Origin: Diplonema japonicum
Lineage: Eukaryota > Protista > Euglenozoa: Diplonemea
DNA: 64,000 nt
Reading direction: 5' to 3'
Assembly (NCBI GenBank): GCA_964019335.1
Contig: OZ025688.1
Span: 248,001 to 312,000 of the forward strand
The notes below the pieces were generated by a model, which saw nothing but the letters and a program-made list of their open reading frames with translations, had not been told where the DNA came from and made no database searches. The translations under genes and the position numbers were made by a program. Positions 11,722-23,086 of this stretch are shown one piece after another (the stretch's first letter is position 1; each line of letters opens with the position of its first letter).

Positions 11722-12426
11722 GTTGGCGACGAACAAAGACAACAAGTTCTTTGTTTACTAAGATAACGGTTCACCTTTACACCTCTCCCCCCCTCCCTTC
11801 GTTGCTGCTTCATTCTTTTGAATTCAAACTTGTTTAATTCTATTTCTGAAACAAATTGAAACATTCTTGTGTTTTTCAATTTATTCGCTAGCTTCTTCTG
11901 TTTTTCTTCTCTTTATCTTCCCACTGTCCACCTCTGCCCTCCCAAAAGCAAAGGTGAAGTGGACAAAGGTGAAGAGGGGAAGGGGGGTGGTGACAATCTC
12001 ACCGTGAAAAGGCCGTCCACTGCAGCGGTAGAATGGCGAGGAAGGCTCTTCTTTGCTGTTTTTTTTTTTGCGTGTGGATGTCATCCACTCCCCCTCGGCC
12101 CAAAATATACATCTTTTTCTTTTTTCTTCCCTTTCTTTTTTTTCTTGCAACAACGAGTCTTTGACTCTTGTCCAGACAAAGGGGGAACGCTGGCAACGTG
12201 TTTACAACGGGTTATAAACTTCTCCAGGTTTGCACCCCGACACAATACAAACAACGGCCAATTCCTTTTCCTTTTTCTGTCTTTCATGCTGTACTTCTTT
12301 TCCTGCTTTTTTTTTTTTATTGTTTGACTTTCAGCTTGTTGCCTTTGGGTTCACACCACTCACCACAGATTTCTTACCTTCTCTCCAATCCCAACCTTCA
12401 AAAACACAAAAAACAAATCCGAAAAA

Positions 12427-12807
12427 ATGTCGATCAGGATGCTCCTCGTTGCCTGCCTCGTTGCCGCCTCTCTTGCGGACTCGTTCCAGATCCAGCAGTG
12501 CACGAGTGGGAACGCGACGGGCCCCAAGCTGAGCATCGAGCTTGCGGGGTGCAGCCTGCTGACGTTCGGTGATAAGCCGTACAACCTCAGCCTGACTGGG
12601 GTTAAGGGGTCCAACCTCTACCAGAACCTCACTGCTGTGGGGAACTCCTTCACCGACAACAAGTGCAAGAATGCGAACCCCGCCACAACCGATATTTCGT
12701 GCACCTGCGCCTCCGACAGCCAGTTCACCTTTGTGTGCGATGGGGCCTCCTTCGCCGTCCCCTCCCTCCTTGTCCTCGTGGCCTCTGTCATGGTTTACAT
12801 GATGTGA
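12427..12807 (+). CDS. Small six-Cys putative GPI-anchored surface protein, type A2 (126 aa)
   Basis: Signal peptide, six Cys, N-glycosylation sequons (NAT, NLS, NLT), tail VCDGASFAVPSLLVLVASVMVYMM. Confidence 0.88.
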   Translation: MSIRMLLVACLVAASLADSFQIQQCTSGNATGPKLSIELAGCSLLTFGDKPYNLSLTGVKGSNLYQNLTAVGNSFTDNKCKNANPATTDISCTCASDSQFTFVCDGASFAVPSLLVLVASVMVYMM

Positions 12808-13141
12808 GAGGTTTTAAAATGATGTAATAATGAATAATGATATGGTCCCCCTTTTGAGGACATTGTGTGGAAGAATCTTTTGAAACAGAAACAAAATAGA
12901 CATTGAGAATATGGAAAAAAAAAAGAAGAAAAAAAAAAAAAAAACTCACGGTTGGAAAAGAGACACCTCTCGTCCTCTTTGCTACCACTTTGCCTTTCTA
13001 CCTCCATCTTCGTTGTGTCCTGACAGCCAGAAGCCAGCATGGCTTCTCGTAGCTCTTTGGGTTCGGCTTGACACCTACCTCTCCTCTATACTGTTAGTTG
13101 CTTTTTTTTCTTTTGTCAGCTTTTGTAAGTCTCTGGAACCG

Positions 13142-13194
13142 ACTCCACTGCTCACCTGCAGTAAGCATGCCCCGTAGCATGCTGGGTGTGGGGT
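13142..13194 (+). promoter_or_regulatory. Conserved stem-loop upstream of A3 genes (also ~14053-14105, ~18837-18889, diverged at ~46590-46627)
   Basis: Nested pairing ACTCCA/TGGGGT, CACCT/GGGTG, AGCATGC/GCATGCT. The diverged copy keeps the inner stem through a G-U pair. Confidence 0.35.
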
Positions 13195-13352
13195 TGATCA
13201 CCTCCAGCAGTCTTTGCAGCGCCTCTTTCTTTTCTTTTATCCTTGCTTACTACAAAAGTTACTATTCCTCTTCATTCATTTCTTTACCTTCTCAACATCA
13301 CAACAGCCTCTTTTCGCACTCTTCTTTAATTCTCATCATCACATTAAACAAA

Positions 13353-13724
13353 ATGTTCACCAGGATGCTCCTCGTTGCCTGCCTCACTGCCGTTGCCCTT
13401 GCTGACAACTACCAGTTCCAGGTGTGCACAGCTGGGAACGTGACGGGGTCGAAGTTCGACATTGAGAACGACAAGTGCACGGTGATCACGAGCACGAACA
13501 CGAACTTCACCCTGACGGGTGTTACGGGTCTTGCTGAGAACCAGACCCTCGCTGGTGTGCTGAACGTGTTCAGCGATGACGTGTGCACGGCTCCCGCCAG
13601 CATGTCCACAGATGTTGCCTGCACCTGTGGCAGCAACGCCTACGCCCTGGTGTGCGATGGGGCCTCCTTCGCCGTCCCCTCCCTCCTTGTCCTCGTGGCC
13701 TCTGTCATGGTTTACATGATGTGA
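13353..13724 (+). CDS. Small six-Cys putative GPI-anchored surface protein, type A3 (123 aa)
   Basis: Signal peptide MFTRMLLVACLTAVALA|D, six Cys, sequons NVT/NFT/NQT, hydrophobic tail. Confidence 0.88.
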   Translation: MFTRMLLVACLTAVALADNYQFQVCTAGNVTGSKFDIENDKCTVITSTNTNFTLTGVTGLAENQTLAGVLNVFSDDVCTAPASMSTDVACTCGSNAYALVCDGASFAVPSLLVLVASVMVYMM

Positions 13725-14262
13725 GCTGGAGTCACTGACTAGAAGTTCGAATTTTATTTGTTTTTCTTACTTTTCAATCGAAAGAAACGAATGAACTGAT
13801 TCTGTCTTCTTCTACAGTTATGAGCTGAATACCTAGAAGAAGAAAATAGAAGTAGGGTAGACTGTGTCCCATCTGAGGTTCCAGATTTCCATCTCAGTTG
13901 AGATGTCATTCCAACTTGTCCCCACCCCGTCCGCGTTACTTGTTTGAAGTGTAAACCCATTTCAATCATTTACTTTTTGCTCATATTTTCATTCCCACAA
14001 ACCCCCCTGCACTGAATTTTTTTTTTGAAGTTTACTTCCCTTTTTTAGAACAACTCCACTGCTCACCTGCAGTAAGCATGCCCCGTAGCATGCTGGGTGT
14101 GGGGTTGATCACCTCCAGCAGTCTTTGCAGCGCCTCTTTCTTTTCTTTTATCTTTTTTTTTTTTGCAAAGTTACTATTCCTCTTCATTCATTTCTTTACC
14201 TTCTCAACATCACAACAGCCATTTCACACTCTTCTTTAATTCTCATCATCACATTAAACAAA

Positions 14263-14634
14263 ATGTTCACCAGGATGCTCCTTGTTGCCTGCCTCACTGC
14301 CGTTGCCCTTGCTGACAACTACCAGTTCCAGGTGTGCACAGCTGGGAACGTGACGGGGTCGAAGTTCGACATTGAGAACGACAAGTGCACGGTGATCACG
14401 AGCACGAACACGAACTTCACCCTGACGGGTGTTACGGGTCTTGCTGAGAACCAGACCCTCGCCGGTGTGCTGAACGTGTTCAGCGATGACGTGTGCACGG
14501 CTCCCGCCAGCATGTCCACAGATGTTGCCTGCACCTGTGGCAGCAACGCCTACGCCCTGGTGTGCGATGGGGCCTCCTTCGCCGTCCCCTCCCTCCTTGT
14601 CCTCGTGGCGTCTGTCATGGTTTACATGATGTGA
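14263..14634 (+). CDS. Type A3 surface protein copy
   Basis: Protein identical to 13353-13724. Confidence 0.88.
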   Translation: MFTRMLLVACLTAVALADNYQFQVCTAGNVTGSKFDIENDKCTVITSTNTNFTLTGVTGLAENQTLAGVLNVFSDDVCTAPASMSTDVACTCGSNAYALVCDGASFAVPSLLVLVASVMVYMM

Positions 14635-15206
14635 GTGCCATAATAGGGAAAGCTAAGATAACAGTGAACAAGGATACGTCCCTCCCTCTTGTTTCCTCTT
14701 AAACAATATTTACTTCTATCTCTTCTTTTTTATTCGATGTATTTACTCAACAAGAAAATATAACATCTGAAGTAAGGTTGCCAGCGTACCTGGATTTGGC
14801 TGGCGTTGTTCTTCGTTGTTTGAACCGCTGCCAGCACGGGTTAGTAAGATAAACAGATATACTATTTTCACTCGTACGCTCAAGCAATCTGAATCGATGT
14901 AAACGCCACGTAGCCTTCTGTGTCTCTCCTCTCTCTCCTTGGATCGAAAAACAGCGGCGAGAACGTGTCTTGCTGTCTACCGATCTTTATTTTCTCTCTC
15001 CGTTCATTTTTTTTATTATTATTCTTTTTTTTTTTTCTTTTGCATTGTACAAACAAAAAAAAAAAAACAAAAAAAAAAAACAAAAAATTGCTCACGATGT
15101 TCCTTCGTTCTGAAAGTCAGTCGCCGTTTGAAGTGTCGCGTGTCCCCATCACGCTTGTGCTGTCTACCTATATCTTACCAGATTGCTTTGTCTTCATTGT
15201 ACAAAA

Positions 15207-15575
15207 ATGTTTCTCGTTGCCTGCCTCACAATAGCTTCTCTCGCGGATACCTTGCAACTCCAACAATGTTACAAAGGAGATGCTGTTGGCCGCAAGCTGG
15301 AGGTAGAGTCAATAGGGTGTCAGGTCCTGACTGTTGGTGGCGTTCAGTTCAACCTTACATTCACTCAACTCCAAGGGAACAGTGACAAGCAGACACTTAC
15401 TGCCATTGGAAACTCCTTCACAGAAGGTGAGTGCATGAGCGACACGACGGATGCCACTGAAATTGCTTGCTCATGTGATTCTGGAAGTGAGTTCACTTTC
15501 GTGTGCGATGGGGCCTCCTTCGCCTTCCCCTCCCTCCTTGTCCTCGTGGCCTCTGTCATGGTTTACATGATGTAG
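15207..15575 (+). CDS. Small six-Cys putative GPI-anchored surface protein, type A4 (122 aa)
   Basis: Shorter signal peptide MFLVACLTIASLA|D, divergent core, same C-terminal cassette as A2/A3. Confidence 0.82.
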   Translation: MFLVACLTIASLADTLQLQQCYKGDAVGRKLEVESIGCQVLTVGGVQFNLTFTQLQGNSDKQTLTAIGNSFTEGECMSDTTDATEIACSCDSGSEFTFVCDGASFAFPSLLVLVASVMVYMM

Positions 15576-15956
15576 GTCACTGGCTACATGCGAACCTTCT
15601 AATACAAATTGAAAAAAGGAAAGAAAAAAAAAAAATGAACACAAAATATACAAAAAGAACTTGAAAATATATATATAAAAATTAAAAAAAAAGGGGAGGA
15701 ACCTACAGCCTCTTTTACTATCTCCGTCATCGTTTTGCTGTGATTTTCTTGACAGCTAAAAAAAATAAAAAAATATGCCCGCTTTTTTCGATTGATTAAG
15801 TTTTCTTCTTTTTCCCTCCCTATTATTCCAAACCTATGGTAAGCTGTGCGCACTTACACCTAGACTGTTTGTTGCTTCTTTATTCTGTAAAAATATGAGC
15901 TTCCGGCCAATCTTTGGACTGTTGTCCTATTGCTGGAACCACCTATATCTTGCGGT

Positions 15957-15995
15957 CGGTGAGCGCGAAAACGCATACCTTAAAAGAATAGTTTT
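15957..15995 (+). mobile_element. Solo 3'-terminal remnant of the element at 10556-11272
   Basis: cggtgagcgc(g)aaaacgcataccttaaaagaatagtttt matches 11234-11272 with one mismatch. Confidence 0.6.
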
Positions 15996-16149
15996 CCTCT
16001 CTTTTTTTTTTTCTTACTCGGTGGGGGCTTGTTGTTTGTTGTTCGCTGTTGCCAACACTCCATTCCATTCCATCAAAATGAGTTTTCCCCTCTTTGGTAT
16101 TTCTTTCGATCATTGAATTCCTGCAGGGAAAGGGAAAACCATTACAAAG

Positions 16150-16521
16150 ATGTTCACCAGGATGCTCCTCGTTGCCTGCCTCACTGCCGTTGCCCTTGCT
16201 GACAACTACCAGTTTCAGGTGTGCACAGCTGGGAACGTGACGGGGTCGAAGTTCGACATTGAGAACGACAAGTGCACGGTGATCACGAGCACGAACACGA
16301 ACTTCACCCTGACGGGTGTTACGGGTCTTGCTGAGAACCAGACCCTCGCTGGTGTGCTGAACGTGTTCAGCGATGACGTGTGCACGGCTCCCGCCAGCAT
16401 GTCCACAGATGTTGCCTGCACCTGTGGCAGCAACGCCTACGCCCTGGTGTGCGATGGGGCCTCCTTCGCTGTCCCCTCCCTCCTTGTCCTCGTGGCCTCT
16501 GTCATGGTTTACATGATGTAA
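16150..16521 (+). CDS. Type A3 surface protein copy
   Basis: Identical protein; TAA stop; unrelated 5' and 3' flanks. Confidence 0.88.
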   Translation: MFTRMLLVACLTAVALADNYQFQVCTAGNVTGSKFDIENDKCTVITSTNTNFTLTGVTGLAENQTLAGVLNVFSDDVCTAPASMSTDVACTCGSNAYALVCDGASFAVPSLLVLVASVMVYMM

Positions 16522-17032
16522 ATTGACAGGAATATTTAGTTTATTACATGATGTAGGTGTTGTTGTAACGGACAATATAGATGTGAAATCCATTCTTTGA
16601 ATCATGGCCTGAGCCCCGGATAAGAGCACCATGAACCCTTCACCCCCTGCCTTGCCCCCTCTCCCCCTTGCTTCATACAGCGGCCTGCAAACTGCGCAGT
16701 TAGACTTCGTTCAATTATGATACTCACGAGTTAGTCGAAGCACCCCGCGAGCCCCACACTGGTAGCGAGAATATGTCTCTTGCTGCCCGCGATCTTTGCA
16801 ACTCTTTGAAAAAAAAATATAAACTCCCCCTTTTCCGGCTTAAGCAGTCAGCCGACTCTTTTTGGTGTTTTATTTTTGTGCAGGACGCCGCCAACACTGG
16901 CTTCCTTTTTCTCTTACATTCTCTCTCTTTTTTTTCCCCCTTTTAGTTAAAACGTTTATGTTGTTTACGTGTGCTAAGCGCTGTGCATATACTAGGTTTT
17001 AATCACCCACCTTCAAAAACACAAAAACAAAA

Positions 17033-17416
17033 ATGTCGATCAGGATGCTCCTCGTTGTTTGCCTTGCTGCTGTTGCCCTTGCTGACACGTTCCAGATCCA
17101 ACAGTGCACGAACAAGAAGGCGACCGGTAAAAAGATGAACATCAAGACAACAGGGTGCAACGCACTCACCTTCGGGAAGGCGAAGTTCAACCTTGCCCTC
17201 TCAGGGGTGAAGGGACGCACGTCAAACTCGACCCTCGTTGCTGTGGTGAAGGACTACCCGAGCAACAAGTGCACGGGGACCGTGAAGTCCACAGGCGCCG
17301 TTGCCTGTACTTGCGTGGGCAGCAATGCCTTCTCCTTCGTGTGCAACGGGAGTCCTGCCATCGCCATCCCCTCCCTCTTCCTCCTCGCCGCCTCCCTCGT
17401 GGTCTACTTGTTGTAG
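17033..17416 (+). CDS. Type A1 surface protein copy
   Basis: Identical to 11338-11721. Confidence 0.88.
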   Translation: MSIRMLLVVCLAAVALADTFQIQQCTNKKATGKKMNIKTTGCNALTFGKAKFNLALSGVKGRTSNSTLVAVVKDYPSNKCTGTVKSTGAVACTCVGSNAFSFVCNGSPAIAIPSLFLLAASLVVYLL

Positions 17417-18121
17417 GTTGGCGACGAACAAAGACAACAAGTTCTTTGTTTACTAAGATAACGGTTCACCTTTACACCTCTCCCCCCCTCCCTTCGTTGC
17501 TGCTTCATTCTTTTGAATTCAAACTTGTTTAATTCTATTTCTGAAACAAATTGAAACATTCTTGTGTTTTTCAATTTATTCGCTAGCTTCTTCTGTTTTT
17601 CTTCTCTTTATCTTCCCACTGTCCACCTCTGCCCTCCCAAAAGCAAAGGTGAAGTGGACAAAGGTGAAGAGGGGAAGGGGGGTGGTGACAATCTCACCGT
17701 GAAAAGGCCGTCCACTGCAGCGGTAGAATGGCGAGGAAGGCTCTTCTTTGCTGTTTTTTTTTTTGCGTGTGGATGTCATCCACTCCCCCTCGGCCCAAAA
17801 TATACATCTTTTTCTTTTTTCTTCCCTTTCTTTTTTTTCTTGCAACAACGAGTCTTTGACTCTTGTCCAGACAAAGGGGGAACGCTGGCAACGTGTTTAC
17901 AACGGGTTATAAACTTCTCCAGGTTTGCACCCCGACACAATACAAACAACGGCCAATTCCTTTTCCTTTTTCTGTCTTTCATGCTGTACTTCTTTTCCTG
18001 CTTTTTTTTTTTTATTGTTTGACTTTCAGCTTGTTGCCTTTGGGTTCACACCACTCACCACAGATTTCTTACCTTCTCTCCAATCCCAACCTTCAAAAAC
18101 ACAAAAAACAAATCCGAAAAA

Positions 18122-18502
18122 ATGTCGATCAGGATGCTCCTCGTTGCCTGCCTCGTTGCCGCCTCTCTTGCGGACTCGTTCCAGATCCAGCAGTGCACGA
18201 GTGGGAACGCGACGGGCCCCAAGCTGAGCATCGAGCTTGCGGGGTGCAGCCTGCTGACGTTCGGTGATAAGCCGTACAACCTCAGCCTGACTGGGGTTAA
18301 GGGGTCCAACCTCTACCAGAACCTCACTGCTGTGGGGAACTCCTTCACCGACAACAAGTGCAAGAATGCGAACCCCGCCACAACCGATATTTCGTGCACC
18401 TGCGCCTCCGACAGCCAGTTCACCTTTGTGTGCGATGGGGCCTCCTTCGCCGTCCCCTCCCTCCTTGTCCTCGTGGCCTCTGTCATGGTTTACATGATGT
18501 GA
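18122..18502 (+). CDS. Type A2 surface protein copy
   Basis: Identical to 12427-12807. Confidence 0.88.
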   Translation: MSIRMLLVACLVAASLADSFQIQQCTSGNATGPKLSIELAGCSLLTFGDKPYNLSLTGVKGSNLYQNLTAVGNSFTDNKCKNANPATTDISCTCASDSQFTFVCDGASFAVPSLLVLVASVMVYMM

Positions 18503-19047
18503 GAGGTTTTAAAATGATGTAATAATGAATAATGATATGGTCCCCCTTTTGAGGACATTGTGTGGAAGAATCTTTTGAAACAGAAACAAAATAGACATTG
18601 AGAATATGGAAAAAAAAAAGAAGAAAAAAAAAAAAAAAACTCACGGTTGGAAAAGAGACACCTCTCGTCCTCTTTGCTACCACTTTGCCTTTCTACCTCC
18701 ATCTTCGTTGTGTCCTGACAGCCAGAAGCCAGCATGGCTTCTCGTAGCTCTTTGGGTTCGGCTTGACACCTACCTCTCCTCTATACTGTTAGTTGCTTTT
18801 TTTTCTTTTGTCAGCTTTTGTAAGTCTCTGGAACCGACTCCACTGCTCACCTGCAGTAAGCATGCCCCGTAGCATGCTGGGTGTGGGGTTGATCACCTCC
18901 AGCAGTCTTTGCAGCGCCTCTTTCTTTTCTTTTATCCTTGCTTACTACAAAAGTTACTATTCCTCTTCATTCATTTCTTTACCTTCTCAACATCACAACA
19001 GCCTCTTTTCGCACTCTTCTTTAATTCTCATCATCACATTAAACAAA

Positions 19048-19419
19048 ATGTTCACCAGGATGCTCCTCGTTGCCTGCCTCACTGCCGTTGCCCTTGCTGA
19101 CAACTACCAGTTCCAGGTGTGCACAGCTGGGAACGTGACGGGGTCGAAGTTCGACATTGAGAACGACAAGTGCACGGTGATCACGAGCACGAACACGAAC
19201 TTCACCCTGACGGGTGTTACGGGTCTTGCTGAGAACCAGACCCTCGCTGGTGTGCTGAACGTGTTCAGCGATGACGTGTGCACGGCTCCCGCCAGCATGT
19301 CCACAGATGTTGCCTGCACCTGTGGCAGCAACGCCTACGCCCTGGTGTGCGATGGGGCCGCCTTCGCTGTCCCATCCCTCCTTGTCCTCGTGGCCTCTGT
19401 CATGGTTTACATGATGTGA
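19048..19419 (+). CDS. Type A3 surface protein copy (DGAS>DGAA)
   Basis: One substitution near the putative GPI omega site. Confidence 0.88.
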   Translation: MFTRMLLVACLTAVALADNYQFQVCTAGNVTGSKFDIENDKCTVITSTNTNFTLTGVTGLAENQTLAGVLNVFSDDVCTAPASMSTDVACTCGSNAYALVCDGAAFAVPSLLVLVASVMVYMM

Positions 19420-19953
19420 GACTTAGATCTTGAATAGATTCTATTATTTCTCTCCAAATTAGAAATCAAAATAAACTGCAGTCGCAGCGAGTGAGGTCAT
19501 CGGCATCAGTAACCCTACCTTGTCTGTTTCCCCCTTAGCCTATTGTTTGCCACTTTATGACAGTTTCTAGGACTCACACGGACAATGCCCCTGGCTGCCT
19601 TGTTCTGCATGCCCACTTCCCCCCCTTTTTTTTTTGAATTCTTTTTCTCTTTAACTTACAGTCACTTCTCGCTTTCCACAGAACGGGTCGGAGGGAAGTA
19701 TAAATCTTTTTTGTCTAGTTGGTCACAATAGAAGAGAGAAAAAAAAATGGATGGGGGGGGGGAAGAAAAAGAAAGACAAAATAACTGTTGCAGTTAGGCA
19801 AATTATCTTTTCTACTGTCTTTTCTTCTCCCCCTTTCCCCCGTCCATTCGTAGTTGTAGCTTTTCCTGTTTTTTTTTCTCCTTTTTTATTGAATCATTTC
19901 TTCTTCTTTTTTAGCCTGTGCTTTCCGGCATTTCTGTTCTATTTTATTTTTTT

Positions 19954-20105
19954 AGGACTGAGAGAAGATCACCGGAAAGAAAGGGTTGGAAGATATAAAC
20001 GACAGTTAGGCACTATGGTGGGTAGCAGGGAACGACCCCAAAGGGGAGCATCATAAGGTAGGCACGCCCACGCGGCTGGCCGTTGCTAGCCACTTCGTTC
20101 CTAGC
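19954..20105 (-). mobile_element. ~150-bp insertion in the poly(T) tract upstream of the first B gene (possible antisense retroposon/SINE piece)
   Basis: Absent from the homologous upstream regions of the B copies at 21599 and 23087. On the - strand it ends in an A-rich tail. Confidence 0.45.
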
Positions 20106-20195
20106 GAGTTTCATTTTTGTCAGCTTTGCCCTCTACCCCTATCCCCTCACAGATTTTCAATTGAACATAAAAAAAAAAAAAAAATAATAAACAAA

Positions 20196-20558
20196 ATGTC
20201 GTGTTTCAAGCTTATTGCCCTCCTCGCACTTGTGAGCACAGTGAGCGCTGACAGCATCACTCTCAGGCAATGCAGCGATGGTCAGACAAGAAGTGTGGCC
20301 CTCGACCAGTGTATCAAGAGCGACCAAAGCTACGGGAAGTTCACCCTGACCAGTGGGACTCTTGCAAATGGCTCTGCCATTGTGGCAATGAAGACATACG
20401 GTGATTCTGATGACAAGTGCGTCACACCGCAGTTTACCATCAGCATAACCTGTGAGTGTGGAAAAACTCTCCCTCTGCAGATTGTCTGCTCGGCCGCCGC
20501 TGGTCTGGTGCCTTCGGCCTTCTTTATGGCTCTTGCGTTGTTGGCGATGGTCTTCTAG
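20196..20558 (+). CDS. Small six-Cys putative GPI-anchored surface protein, type B (120 aa)
   Basis: Signal peptide MSCFKLIALLALVSTVSA|D, same Cys spacing as type A (C, C, C, CxC, C), tail AAAGLVPSAFFMALALLAMVF. Confidence 0.88.
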   Translation: MSCFKLIALLALVSTVSADSITLRQCSDGQTRSVALDQCIKSDQSYGKFTLTSGTLANGSAIVAMKTYGDSDDKCVTPQFTISITCECGKTLPLQIVCSAAAGLVPSAFFMALALLAMVF

Positions 20559-21022
20559 TGAGGGAAAAAAAAAAAAAAAAAAGACAAAGAAAGATCCAAC
20601 CATTGAATTCGCTTCCCTCCCCAGATCGGGAAGTGACCTTGCTGCTCTCTCTTTCGTCAATAAGGAAATATTGGTGGCAGGTGGAGAGGTAAAGGGATGC
20701 TTTCTTTTTTTTCTTGCAAACCCCTGTTTTTTTTTTTTTTTTTTACTCTGTTTTCTGAAACGTTTAGCTCCCTTGAAGCTCACCAGCGTGCTGTAGCTCA
20801 CTTTATTTTGGCACGTTGGCGATGGCTGTGGTGGTCGTTGCAAGAGCGCCTATAGGAAGTATTGCACGATTCAGTTAACAGAATAGGTTTTCATTTTATT
20901 TATTAGGGCAGTCCTCCAGCAGGGGGCTTGTCCTGTGCTTTGAGCTTTTTTTTTTTTTTTCAATTACGAATTTAGAGAAAGGTGGGAGGTGCGAACGAGA
21001 AAGTCAACGACGGAAGAAACAA

Positions 21023-21056
<34 letters not shown>

Positions 21057-21598
21057 AGTTGAATGTCACATGTGCACAGCCGAGATTAACCTGTAGAAGG
21101 GTAAGCCATACCACTCACCATCTCTTCTCAGCTACAGCAATTCATTGCTGAACACGGCCATGTCACTAGTGTTGGTACCAAAGAAAAACACCACCCCTGT
21201 AATCAAGTAGACAGGTGCTTGTGCAGGGTGTCACCAACACTGCCCTCTTTTATCTTACAACATACTCTCAAATTAGTGCTTAATTGCTTCTGTGACCCTT
21301 CTCTTTATTTATTCGAAAGCGTTCTTTATCTCTTCACTTTTACTTACTACTGGATCACAGAACAGGGGACTTGGGAGGCTGGCTTAGCTTCACAAGAATG
21401 GCCGCTGTGTCGCATACGGCGCACAGCACCACTAAAATCGAAACAACCCCTTTTCTTTTTAGCCTGTGTCTTTCCGGCATTTCAGTTTTATTTCTTTTTA
21501 TTTTTTTGAGTTTCATTTTTGTCAGCTTTGCCCTCTACCCCTATCCCCTCACAGATTTTCAATTGAACATAAAAAAAAAAAAAAAAACAATAAACAAA

Positions 21599-21961
21599 AT
21601 GTCGTGTTTCAAGCTTATTGCCCTCCTCGCACTTGTGAGCACAGTGAGCGCTGACAGCATCACTCTCAGGCAATGCAGCGATGGTCAGACAAGAAGTGTG
21701 GCCCTCGACCAGTGTATCAAGAGCGGCCAAAGCTACGGGATGTTCACCCTGACCAGTGGGACTCTTGCAAATGGCTCTGCCATTGTGGCAATGAAGACAT
21801 ACGGTGATTCTGATGACAAGTGCGTCACACCGCAGTTTACCATCAGCATAACCTGTGAGTGTGGAAAAACTCTCCCTCTGCAGATCGTCTGCTCGGCCGC
21901 CGCTGGTCTGGTGCCTTCGGCCTTCTTTATGGCTCTTGCGTTGTTGGCGATGGTCTTCTAG
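21599..21961 (+). CDS. Type B surface protein copy (SGQSYGM variant)
   Basis: Two amino-acid differences from 20196-20558. Confidence 0.88.
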   Translation: MSCFKLIALLALVSTVSADSITLRQCSDGQTRSVALDQCIKSGQSYGMFTLTSGTLANGSAIVAMKTYGDSDDKCVTPQFTISITCECGKTLPLQIVCSAAAGLVPSAFFMALALLAMVF

Positions 21962-23086
21962 TGAGGGAAAAAAAAAAAAAAAAAGACAAAGAAAGATCCA
22001 ACCATTGAATCCTCCCCAGATCGGGAAGTGACCTTGCTGCTCTCTCTTTCATCAATAAAGACATATTGGTGGCAGGTGGAGAGGTAAAGGGATGCTTTCT
22101 TTCATTCTTTCTCACAGCCACCTCCGCGCACCGAAAAATATATATATTTATTTTTTTCTCTGCACTGAGTTTTTTTTCATTTTAGGTTTCCCCCCCTGCT
22201 GAGCCCCCATGAGTATACTGCAATTTTATTGAGCTTTTTTTTTTTTTTTTTTTTTTATTCTGTTTCTGAAACGTTTATCACCAGCGTGCTGTAACTCACT
22301 TTATTTTGGCACGTTGGCGATGGCTGTGGTGGTCGTTGCAAGAGCGCCTATAAGTAAGGGAAGTATTGCACGATTCAGAGCAGAATAGTTTCTTATTTTA
22401 TTTATTAGGGTGGTCCTCCAGCAGCTTTTCTTTCTTCTTTTTTTTTTTTTTTTCTATTACGAATTTAGAGGAAGGTGGGAAGTGAGAGGAAAAAGAGAAA
22501 GTCAACGACGGAAGAAACAAAAAAAAAAAAAAAAAAAAAAGTCAGTTGAATGTCACATGTGCACAGCCGAGATTAACCTGTAGAAGGGTAAGCCATACCA
22601 CTCACCATCTCTTCTCAGCTACAGCAATTCATTGCTGAACACGGCCATGTCACTAGTGTTGGTACCAAAGAAAAACACCACCCCTGTAATCAAGTAGACA
22701 GGTGCTTGTGCAGGGTGTCACCAACACTGCCCTCTTTTATCTTACAACATACTCTCAAATTAGTGCTTAATTGCTTCTGTGACCCTTCTCTTTATTTATT
22801 CGAAAGCGTTCTTTATCTCTTCACTTTTACTTACTACTGGATCACAGAACAGGGGACTTGGGAGGCTGGCTTAGCTTCACAAGAATGGCCGCTGTGTCGC
22901 ATACGGCGCACAGCACCACTAAAATCGAAACAACCCCTTTTCTTTTTAGCCTGTGTCTTTCCGGCATTTCAGTTTTATTTCTTTTTATTTTTTTGAGTTT
23001 CATTTTTGTCAGCTTTGCCCTCTACCCCTATCCCCTCACAGATTTTCAATTGAACATAAAAAAAAAAAAAAAAAACAATAAACAAA

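Larger units (their letters stand above)
11334..13725 (+). repeat. 2.4-kb segmental duplication unit 1 (A1-A2-A3 block); copy at 17029-19420, offset 5695
   Basis: Identical ORF set at +5695 in the track. Homology starts at the A1 start codon and ends at the A3 stop codon. Confidence 0.92.
17029..19420 (+). repeat. 2.4-kb segmental duplication unit 2
   Basis: Near-identical to 11334-13725. Confidence 0.92.
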
